A DNA stretch of 61,844 nt, filler included, from Gonapodya sp. JEL0774 (Eukaryota), in NCBI GenBank assembly GCA_027604505.1. It is 22 parts of 22 records of this genome, joined end to end, with 100 filler letters (N's around TTAATTAATTAA, not from the genome) between each part and the next. Parts side by side here need not be neighbours in the genome. Positions count along the whole stretch, not along the records: positions 50,736 to 53,439 come from JADIIX010001738.1; positions 53,540 to 56,241 come from JADIIX010001739.1; positions 56,342 to 59,043 come from JADIIX010001740.1; positions 59,144 to 61,844 come from JADIIX010001741.1; 18 more parts are not named here. One strand, 5' to 3'. Made by a program: the position numbers and the translations under genes. The notes beneath the pieces are model-generated. The model was not told where the DNA came from. It did not search any database and saw only the letters and a list, made by a program, of their open reading frames with translations. Positions 51,888-61,844 of this stretch are shown here, one piece after another. Positions within the stretch are counted from its first letter, which is position 1; each line of letters begins with the position of its first letter.

Positions 51888-53439
51888 ATGACTTCGGCTG
51901 GGGAGGCCCCTGATACTGATGAGTTGAATAGGAAAAGAGCGACTCGCTCTTGCGATTTCTGTCACCTGAAAAGTGAGTGTCTCTTTGCAAGCTCTCTGTC
52001 GACACATCCAAAGCCACTCCAGATATTGAATTGCTGCTGTTTTGGACTGCATTACGCCAATTAATGTTCACTAATCGAATGAAAAACAATCACTTGTGCT
52101 ACGTTCGATTTCATTCCCACCTGTAAGAGCTGAGTGAGTGTTCAACTCGGAAAACAGACATGTTTGGATCGCGAGTTGAACTGCATTGCTTCGACCATAG
52201 AATGCAGCGGTACACAACCCTGCTCCGCATGCTCTTCGAGACAGGTTGAATGTATTTATCAGAGACAACATAAGAAGAGGGTAAGTGGGTGAAACTACTG
52301 CGGGTTTCGAATGCAATTTGCGCAGTAACTTAATGTATTGGCTGTGTTTCATACCCCGGATTCAGGGACCGCGACCGGGATTCCAGAATCCTCTAATCAC
52401 ACGCCTGGCGCTACTGGAGGCTATGTACAAAGAACGTGGTGGAGGCGATGGTCCTACGCCCGTGGAAGCAGAAGGGAAGAAGAGTAAAGCGCGTTTGGCC
52501 TTTCTGGAAGCTCAGCTAGGAATAGCACCCACGACAGAGATCGAAGACTTGCAGGTTCTCGCCCAGGCTTCTCGTTCGAATATCGGCTATGGTGAAACGT
52601 CTGGGCCAGAAACTGCGGATGCTCATCCAACCTCGTCTTCATACGAGTTCCCTCCCCAAGAGCAAAAAATATTCTCAGCGACGACGGAGTCGAATGAATT
52701 CTCGATGACAACGTACCCGGTGGCAGCAGCGGCCTATCCCACTTCAAACCAAGATCTTCGACCCCACGTGAATCCTATCACTGTGCCGGTCTCAGATATT
52801 GCATTTTCAGCTCAAATAATCGAGGCTCCTCATGAAATATCCTCATTAGATCCTCTGGGGAACAACCAGAGGATGCGTCAAGCGTCTTCGTCAGCAACTT
52901 CCGAACAAAGCATCGAGAATATTGGCTCTCTAGAAGAAATCGACAATCAACTGATGTACCAACGAGGGGAAGCAATCATATATCACGGCATACGAGGTTC
53001 GTCTTCCGTCAGCAGGTTATACTCACATGATAACTGATACTTTTGGTTCATGTCTGGTGCAGTGTCAGTCGACCAATTTCCCGAATTCTTCCAACGGCGC
53101 GGTCCTTCTGCGCCCGAAATTGTTCTTCAAAGCACACTCGCAGGCATGACCGATGAGGAAATACTGTTTGACCCGTCCACGGCTCATTGGATGCGCTTGT
53201 ACCAGCAGCATATTTCAGTATTCTTCCCGATATTTCCTCCGCCAGCCTACGTCAATTTCGCAGTGTTCCCCCCCATGCTGATGTTTGCGATGATGGCGCT
53301 GGGGAGCCGGTACTATCATGAAGCAGACGTAGGTCTTGGCGTTGGTGAGGTGCTGTTCGAGCGATCCCGACGGGCGTTCGATCCTATTCTTCGTTCGGGA
53401 GAGCCCAATGACGTCTACTCTATCGCTACAGCGTTACAC
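51888..53439 (+). CDS. Zn(II)2Cys6 transcription factor (3' partial)
   Basis: RKRATRSCDFCHLK|KL|KCSGTQPCSACSSRQVECIY...KKR|GPRPG, and later LYQQHISVFFPIF...LMFAMMALGSRY (start of Fungal_trans). Confidence 0.92.
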
Positions 53440-53539
53440 NNNNNNNNNNNNNNNNNNNNNNNNNNNNNNNNNNNNNNNNNNNNTTAATTAATTAANNNNN
53501 NNNNNNNNNNNNNNNNNNNNNNNNNNNNNNNNNNNNNNN

Positions 53540-56241
53540 TGATAGAGTCGCACGATCTCGAAGAGGATATCAACACCATCGTGGTCAATATATCCCACGG
53601 ATCGAAGAATGAATACGGCGGCAGACACGTTTGGATTGAATGCGAGGAACTTTTTGTGACGCATGAGATGAGCAGAGGCATTCACGTAAGTGAGGGCACC
53701 AGAGAAATGATCTGAATACCACGACGCCGGCGAAAATTAAACAAGGTAAGCATTGATCATGGAGACGAAAGAAAATACCGCGGCGGCGGTACTTACACAG
53801 CAAAGTATCTACTTCCGCCGTCACTTTCAGTGCCCATTCTTTCTCTTCCTCGGGATTTTGTAAGAATTTCGCAGGAAGAGAAAGCATTGGAGCAAGAGAA
53901 CCACGTCGCCGTTGGATCTGACTGATAATACTGTCAGGAATTTGTGGGTTACTGGGTATCGATGAATATGGACGAAGAGGAAGGGCCGTCCGGGACGGTG
54001 GGTTACTTCTAGAAATGGCGGATGCGGGCTCAATCGGATCCGGTGGTGCGGACGTGTAAAGGGATGCAAAGGAAACGAGGGGTCCACCAACAACGGCGTT
54101 AGCTGTTCCAGGAAGAGGAGGAGGGGGCCCTACAGTGGAGCTGCCTGAAAGAGTCCTCCGCGAACCACCAACGGAATCAATGGGAAGAGTACGTGTGAGA
54201 GATGAGCGTCGGCCGGCCCTGCCTGGGTGTCTGGTTGGGGAAGAATTCCGGCGTCGCCAAGTCTTTGGAAGTACACGGGTGAGCTTTTGCTGATCGAGTC
54301 GGGCTACATCAACGTGCGCAACGGGGTTCTTGCCGCGAAGGAGAACCATTTCACAGTAGCTAGTAATGTGAGCAAACATGACATGAACTATAGATCAATG
54401 AACCAGCAAAGGGTGACAGAAAGAAACTCACCCAATGGACATTTTGTCGGTGAACAAGAGCAAGCATAGAAGACTGCCCGCAACCAGCCCAACCATCGTA
54501 TCCTCTAACAAACACATTATGGCGGTTCCGATTCCGATCAGGAACATGTTCATGTCGAGGAGCCAGAAGAGCCAAAATTCGTGCACTTCCACCATGTTGA
54601 TCGCTACTACGCATCTGTAGAGAGACGTGGTCAATTGAATTTTGGGACTCGCAAGATCAACATTTTTACCTACAGTACGGCCGAGATGGTAGCCATAGGC
54701 ACAAAGCGAAACCAATCGAAAAACCCAAGAGAGATTATCAACAGTGAAAACGGTGCAAGGAGTGCTGAAAGACGAGATTTCGATCCTGCTCGAATGTTGA
54801 GGGACGTTCTCGCCAAAGCAGCGGTTGCTGGTAAGCCTCCAAACAATCCAGCCACGGCGTTGGCAGTCGCTAGGCCAAAAACTTCCTTGGATTGATTGTG
54901 ATCGGTGGTCTTGATCATGGTATCTGCCATGCGGGCCGAAATAAGGGTCTCCAAAATCCCAATGAAGACCACGCTGAAGGAGCTCCGGAAGATGGGGACC
55001 GAGAACAACAACGCCGGATCAAATGTGGGAGGTTGAATGAAGCGGAGAGGGATGTTCCCGTAGGCGTCGTTGAGTGTGCGTAGTTTGAACGGCAGCGTGC
55101 CGTTGGAGGAGAGGTAACCAAACACAATACCAATCGCTGTGACTACCATGTGCCTTTCAAGTAGCAGCAACAAAGGGCGTAAGGACGAAAGTAAAATGAA
55201 GTTGCATATAAAAACCCTTCAAAGCTCACCAGGGAATGGAGTTGAACTTTTTGGTGCAGTATAATAGGCAGCTGAAGCTCACAACAAAGAAAGCGGCAAC
55301 GGGGAGCTGAAGTTCGCTCATGTGCCGAAAGGTTTCGACTGTCTTCCATATAATCTCCTTCTCTTCGTGGTGGAAGGTCAGTCCCAGCGCGTTGTCAAAC
55401 TGCCCGAGGATCATGATGAGCGAAACGCCCAGTGTAAAGCCATGGACGACGGCTGAGGGCTTTGAGAAGTTGTTGGATGCGCAAGAGTTAACTTTTGCAT
55501 CTGCATATCGATGGTGTGGACTAATACCCACAATGAACATCAGGTATCTGGACAACTTGAGCGTCCATACGATCAAGATAACAACTGCAGTGTGTATGGC
55601 AATGTATGGTAGGATGTCGTGCCCACCAAACTGCGCGGCTGCTGCGGAGAGCACGCCCGACAAGGCGCTGGTCGGGCCGACAATATTCCATTCCGACCCG
55701 CCGAAAATCGAGGCGAATAGGCCAGACCAGAACGCAGTAACAAGGCCTTGGGCTGGCGTTCCTCCACCGGCAATGGATAGAGCCTTTCGGAGAATGGTTC
55801 GATGTTAGTTGAGGTATGTGGGGACAAGTGTCTCCCACACCCGCCGTGACGGATAGGACCCACAATAGAAAGAGGCACTGAAACGAGAGAAACCGTAACA
55901 GCTGCCTTGATGTCCCAGAGAGAAGTTTCCCACGTAACGGGTGTGGCCGGATTGTTGTAGAAAAATGCAGACGGACTTGGCGTGACAAAGTCTCGGGCTT
56001 TTTGGAAGAGTGAAGACGGAGGCACAGTGGGTTTCCTCCCTGATGCACCTAGCTGGTGGAGAGAACCCGTCACTCCTTCCTGCGTGTCACTTGCAAAGAG
56101 ACCGTTGGACGTGGAGGGAGCTCGCGGCCTTCCCGGGAACGCGAATGCACTGAAATCGTGGGCATTTTGGTCGACGAGCACGTGATCGTGTTCTCCATCA
56201 TCGTCCGAGACTTCTACTACAGAAACTGCGTCCGAGTTGGC
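53540..56241 (-). CDS. SulP/SLC26 anion transporter with STAS region (open at both ends)
   Basis: DIKAAVTVSLVSVPLS, AGGGTPAQGLVTAFWSGLFASIFGGSEWNIVGPTSAL, PSAVVHGFTLG, GILETLISA, ANAVAGLFGGLPATAALARTSLNIRAG and LIFAGVVVFR. Confidence 0.92.
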
Positions 56242-56341
56242 NNNNNNNNNNNNNNNNNNNNNNNNNNNNNNNNNNNNNNNNNNNNTTAATTAATTAANNN
56301 NNNNNNNNNNNNNNNNNNNNNNNNNNNNNNNNNNNNNNNNN

Positions 56342-57305
56342 GATCATCCAACTTGTATTTGCGCACCGCTCATGACCTACCTACTCCATGGTCTTTTCAA
56401 ATCAAAAGTTCCTTCAACAGCATTCAGCAGGCGGGACTCTCACCCCGCAAATCATCCAGCAGATTCAGCAGATGGCACGATCCGGCCGACTCGGCCAAGC
56501 ACTTCAAAACCAGCAGAACCGTTTTCCCCAGGTCGACGGACCCTCCGATGACTCGAAGGGCAATGAATTAATGACTTTTTATGGAAATGGCAACGTGGGA
56601 GCTTTGAGCAGAGAGGTGGGCGGCGTGCCCAACGGCCATGGTCGTTTTGTGTGGCAGCTGAACGCGTGCTCCGCGTCCAGGCTGCCGATCTCTTACTTGA
56701 TCACCAAGCGGCTCTCATTTACGCTCAGAGGTCCCGAGAGACTGCGGAATTGAGAGCTGCGCTTCTGCACGCGAACATCACCGAAGGCGGTTCGAATTCA
56801 CCAGGGGGCTTGAATGAGGAAGGGGTAGATATTGCAAAGGCCGTGAAGGCGGGGAAGAAATCTCGGCGGCGAAAGCCTCAAACGGGAGAAGGATCGTCCA
56901 TAGCAGAGGAAGACTTGTCAGGTGGAGGTTCGGGAGAGTCTGACACAGCTATACGTCAAGTTGCCATCCCACAAATGGACGGTGATGTGAACGAAGACGA
57001 AGAAGAGGAAGAGGACGGCGCGGTAAGCTGTCCTGTATGGAGTTTCGAGTTGGAGTCCCACTATTCTTGAGCTCACACAACCCTTCAACACATCTCAGGA
57101 TGGGGCAGGTTCCGATGGTATCGGCTCGGATCTGGACTCTGATTCGTCTGGGACAGGGCCGGAGGAATCCGACCTCTGTCTCTGCCAGTACGACAAGGTG
57201 CAGAGAACTCGCAACAAGTGGCGTTGTGGGTTCAGGGATGGCGTACTCAATATCGCGGGGAAGGATTACTTGTTTCATAGGGCTGGGGGTGACTTTGAAT
57301 GGTAG
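56342..57305 (+). CDS. TOA1: TFIIA large subunit (5' partial)
   Basis: PQVDG and PQMDG motifs, and the C-terminus IGSDLDSD...LCLCQYDKVQRTRNKWRCGFRDGVLNIAGKDYLFHRAGGDFEW*. Confidence 0.93.
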
Positions 57306-57727
57306 GGTGCAGCAGCGGCAGGGGTCGGGGGCCCTTGCACGTTGTATTCGGGGAGCAGTCGAAAATTTGTTGTCGGACAGAGGAGAAAGACATTTCGTGA
57401 TTCAAGAGTACCCTCATGTCGGAGTTCTTTGCCTTTCCAGACTTGCAGATGGAAATTGGAGTTGAGCTAACGAGTATAATCGTCGGAGAAGATCGACAAT
57501 AGTCGTCAAAATCTTGATGGATAGAAACACAAAGCTCATTTGTTGCACACCTATAATTTTAATACAAAGGATTTTAATCCATTCATTGATTGTTTCTAAA
57601 AATCTTTATGTACAATGCCAGTAGCAAATTTGAGCGTCTGTCAATCGCAATGACACTCCGCCCTCGTCAAACAAAGACAGCGAATCCACTCTACAGCATT
57701 TAAATGATGTGAAGCGAGTGTGGCGTC

Positions 57728-58916
57728 TTACACCACCTCCGTTTCAGGGTTCTCCTTCTTCTTAAGCTCATTCATTACCATTATGAGTTTCACTTCCAAG
57801 GTTCTCATTGCCCACAGCACCACATCCGCCGGTTCGAGTGCACCAGTCGTCTCCACTTCGAAATAGAATGTGCTTGGTTGAGCTTTGTAATCGAATGGCG
57901 CACCTGGTGTTGGAGCTGGCTCGAATTGCGCGTTAGCAGATAAGGGCCACTCTGCTTCGGGTGAATCCTCGTACCAGTACGTCGTGTGCCTGAACCGCGG
58001 AGATTAAACAATACGAAGCACGTAAATGAAAAGGAGAATCGCTGAAGGAGCGCCGGCTTGAAGAAGAAGTTGAGATCCCACACCCACCGGAGCTTGTTGT
58101 GCGGGTCGTACTCGAAGGAGACAGCCGCGCAAGGTGACCATTTGGCATGCTCCTTTCCGGTGCCCTGAGAGTGTTCGAGGATGCCGACAGTGAACGGACG
58201 AGTTTCTAGTTTGATTCTACCAAAGTTATGCTCGAAAGACATACAAGCTTACCTTCTTTGCAATGCAGCGCATACGAATCTCCTGACCCTTCCTCAGCTT
58301 CACGATAAGAATACCCGGGTCTTCTTCTTCAACTGCACTTGGTACCCTCGAATATGGATCCCGGTTGGTACTCGACAGAACTGGGACCACGGATGGGTTT
58401 GAAGATTGCAGGTGCCTCGAAGTCACGTCCATGTGATCCTCCGAGGTGCACTGTACGCGGAGAGTAAGTTCCACGGTGCAGTTCAGACAGCCGTCTCTGC
58501 ATTGACAATCGTAGCTGGTGGACATGGATGGCATGGCTTTTATGTGGATTGTAGGGGACGGATCAGTAACGATGACAGACAGGATGTTGAGTCAAAGAAT
58601 GCAGCCGGTTGGGTACCACCAAGAAAGACACATTGTCCTCATTCGCTGCTCACCGACATTATTACTTACTATTGGAGACAAGGGGGATGAGGCCGAGTCG
58701 GTGAGCTATGAACTCGTCAGGTAAAGAACTAGTATTCGATTCAATGTGCACCAGATCAATCGCTATGGTTGGCACATCCGCTATCATGATTCTCCTGAGT
58801 GCGTTGGCTATGGAAAGGTCGACCCCGGACAACGTGAAGCTGAGTGAGTGAGAACCTTTGTTCTCTTGCATGTTGGAGACTTGCGGGCCGCGCTCTGAAC
58901 CGAAACGAATGTCCAT
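57728..58916 (-). CDS. RPB3: RNA polymerase II subunit Rpb3
   Basis: [33 protein letters not shown], the Zn site [37 protein letters not shown] and [17 protein letters not shown]. Confidence 0.96.
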
Positions 58917-59143
58917 TGCGCGAGGTCGTGTTTGGAATAGTTGTGGGGGACGCTGTCGGGCCGGTCTGGAAGCAGAAAATGTCTGGCAGTAGATGGCAGG
59001 GCAGAACTGCAGAGCTGGGTTTGAATGACTTGACCACAGCAGTNNNNNNNNNNNNNNNNNNNNNNNNNNNNNNNNNNNNNNNNNNNNTTAATTAATTAAN
59101 NNNNNNNNNNNNNNNNNNNNNNNNNNNNNNNNNNNNNNNNNNN

Positions 59144-59686
59144 AACTACTACAAGCGATATGGGTACAAGACTATCGTGATGGGAGCGAGTTTCAGGAAC
59201 ACAGGGGAAATCGAGGAGCTTGCGGGCTGCGATTTCCTAACCATCAGCCCACAGCTTTTGGGTGAGATGGACAAGGACTCAAAGGTATGTGTCTATGGGA
59301 CTGGCGAGGTGCTCTCCTAGAGCACAGTTCTCGGTATCAAGTTGGAACTAAGACAACGGTCGTCAAATTTTATTCTCCCAAGACCATTGAGGCCAAGCTT
59401 GTCGCCTCCCGCGCCGCCACCCTCGACATTCCCAAAGTGTCATACGTTGATGATGAGGTTAAGTTCCGGTGAGTGTGATGACCCCCCGTTGGATTGACCG
59501 TAGTAGTCAGTCAGCCTCATTCTCTAAACCTTCTCCACTGCCAGTTGGGACATGAACGAAGACGCTATGTCAACCGAAAAACTGTCGGAAGGTATTCGCA
59601 ACTTCTACAAGGACGCTGAGAAACTTCGAGCTGTTCTCAAGAGCAAACTGGCGGGTTCCGCTTCGGCAGAGAGCAAATCCAATTGA
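59144..59686 (+). CDS. TAL1: Transaldolase, C-terminal part (5' partial)
   Basis: [38 protein letters not shown]...[25 protein letters not shown]. Confidence 0.96.
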
Positions 59687-60124
59687 GCGCATCCGAACAC
59701 ATTATTTTCTAAGTAGAGGATGAAAGCATGGATACGTCTATTAGATCGATAGTTCTTACCCGTCTCCTGTCTGCGCACTTGCAAGAGAAAAACGTTTGCT
59801 TCAGAGCTTTGCGAGTTTCAGCATTTCCGCGATGATGTTCGAATATCATACTAGTAGCCCTACCGATAGAATCGTGATTGTTGTTGGATGAGAGAGAGTT
59901 CCGGCCCGAATGAATGAGCGTGTCGTCCAGGTGATCTGCGTTTAGGACTGAGGACGAGCTTCAAAATTTTGGCAACTGGAATCCTTGAATCTTATCGATT
60001 TTAAATTATATTATGATGGACGGTTTCCTTGCGTGGACATGCTCGATGATCTACCCCATTACATATGCGCCTCACATCCCCTTGGGTAACCTCCCGATCG
60101 AAGGAAATATACCAACGAAACACT

Positions 60125-60796
60125 TCAGATTTGCTCAGAACTTGTAGTGAGTGTGTCGTCGGTGGTAACTTTGCATCGATCCCGTGAGCTGACTCCTATC
60201 GGGGTTGGCTGGTATGGGCGAACAATCTTGCATCCTGCTATTCCCTCCAGTACCGGGGCCGGCGCTGATGGTGCCTTATCGTGCATGTCATTCACTGCTG
60301 TCTTCAAGCCCTTTATGCAAGTCTGCTGGTGTACAGGCAACAATGTACATGCGGCTGCCCATTGACCACGAGGTGAGGCAACTCCTGGCTTCCGGGCGAC
60401 AACAGGACCGTCAGTCGCCGATCGGTCATGCTTCCGGAGTGGGAGAGTTTGAATCGCGAATTGAATGTCCCCTACGCTTCTGGATCTTGCCAAATTGAAG
60501 ATCTTGCGAGTGAGGTACCAGTTTCGAAGGAACTGAACTTGACGAATTTCCGAGGTATCGGGGGGGACAGGGAGGAGTCCATCGAGAGGGTCAGGACGAG
60601 TGTTGATGTCCTCTACTGGTTGAACGTCTGCGGGGTCGCTTAACAGTGACGCGGAACTCGACGACTGGAACGAGTCGCGGGAGCTGTCGTCCCCCTTGGA
60701 TCGCATTTCATTGGGGTGACCGGTAGGGGGAGGCGGTGGAGGATCATCCAGTGGAGGTAGAGGCCAGCTAATCATGATAGAATCTCGGTAGAACAT
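60125..60796 (-). CDS. Hypothetical Pro/Ser-rich protein
   Basis: A 223-codon ORF with no recognisable domain. Confidence 0.35.
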   Translation of the reverse strand: MFYRDSIMISWPLPPLDDPPPPPPTGHPNEMRSKGDDSSRDSFQSSSSASLLSDPADVQPVEDINTRPDPLDGLLPVPPDTSEIRQVQFLRNWYLTRKIFNLARSRSVGDIQFAIQTLPLRKHDRSATDGPVVARKPGVASPRGQWAAACTLLPVHQQTCIKGLKTAVNDMHDKAPSAPAPVLEGIAGCKIVRPYQPTPIGVSSRDRCKVTTDDTLTTSSEQI

Positions 60797-61203
60797 TCCT
60801 CGTTTGGGAATCTGCAGAAGGCTAGGGACGTGGATTCAAGCTTCGAAGAACAAACGAACTCTTTGTTTGCCGTGTGGCAGCTCCTGGACAGTTTTACAAT
60901 GGGCAATTCCTGTAACACACGACTGACTGACAACTGCGAAGCCAACGTTGACGACCGGCGATCAATTACTATAGCGCCCTAAATTGGGGAGGAGAAAGTC
61001 GTCATTCATGGGTACAACCCTCGGACTTTTCAAGCGAACCCACCGTTTCGTTTGCGTTTGTACTGCGTTTATCATGTTTCTTGTACTAGGCGTCGTTCAA
61101 CGATGCTTTTCAATACTCAGTTCGCCCAGAGCTGTGAGCTGTGGCATTCATTTGAACACAGAAAGCTTGAGAAACCATTCCGCCAATCAACAGTCAACCT
61201 CCA

Positions 61204-61844
61204 ATGCTCGGAGAACAAATCCCGCATTCCCGTCTGCCGAATGAATCCACGACAATATATCCGTCATCGTCCGTCGGGCCCGCATCCACCGCTTCGGGGT
61301 CTCAGTCTCCAACCAATCAGTATTCCCGCACACATCTTCCAGCTCGATCCCCGCCCACCACCCCTATCTCGCTGACATCATTGCTGAAACGTAACCACAG
61401 TGAAAACACTGAACTATCTTCCGTCTCCATGCCCACCTCCTTCAATTTACCCTTGTCCCTCCTTCAATCAATTGCGGAAGAGTTTGAATACGCCGACCTA
61501 CTCGATAAAGCTGCTCATATGGAGGATCCAGTAGATCGAATTGCATTTGTGGCTGCGTTTGCTGTATCTGGATATGCGCATACGAGGAACAGGTGTGGAA
61601 GGAAGCCATTCAACCCACTTTTGGGAGAGACGTACGAGTTGATTAGGGCAGACAAAGGTTTTAGGTTCATAGCGGAAAAGGTTGTTCATCATCCGTGAGT
61701 ACTGGTTTGGGATTTTCATAATGCTTCATGACTGATATTGTTGTATCCATCAACAAGGCGTCCTGTTATGGGAGTACATGTTGAGTCGCTTTCCGGCACA
61801 TACTCCGTAATTTGCGATTCCGAGCTGCAAAGTAGATTTTGGGT
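61204..61844 (+). CDS. Oxysterol-binding protein (ORD domain, Osh3-like; 3' partial)
   Basis: SMPTSFNLPLSLLQSIAEEFEYADLLDKA, VAAFAVSGYA, RKPFNPLLGETYELIR and FIAEKVVHHP. Confidence 0.92.

Overview
This window is not contiguous genome. It is 22 short contigs (2733 down to 2701 bp, sorted by decreasing length) joined by identical artificial 100-bp linkers (44 N + TTAATTAATTAA, a stop in all six frames, + 44 N), so adjacency across linkers means nothing. The DNA is eukaryotic and intron-rich, with short GT-AG introns of about 60-160 nt. It is fungal (Zn2Cys6 and Fungal_trans transcription factors); an early-diverging zoosporic fungus such as Gonapodya is my inference, not shown. Manual splicing recovers housekeeping genes (EBP2, mitochondrial 2-Cys peroxiredoxin, SIN3, UBA4/MOCS3, a 3xKH protein, CWH41/MOGS, RMD1, TOA1, RPB3, TAL1, an OSBP). 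It also recovers a SulP transporter, a WD40 protein, an SDR, a hotdog thioesterase, GST-like and CmcJ/AsaB-like enzymes, ankyrin proteins, kinases, two 2.7-kb intronless coiled-coil exons and several decayed genes. I found no CRISPR, rRNA, tRNA or recognisable transposon, and no multi-gene novel system can be supported. The most notable signals are splicing features: three microexons of 6, 9 and 10 nt that complete a motif or restore frame (one inside a Zn2Cys6 zinc cluster), frequent AAG acceptors and a GC-AG intron. Also notable are a secreted mucin-like protein with a tandem Cys/Trp module I do not recognise, a coiled-coil pseudokinase candidate and a bacterial-type SulP.
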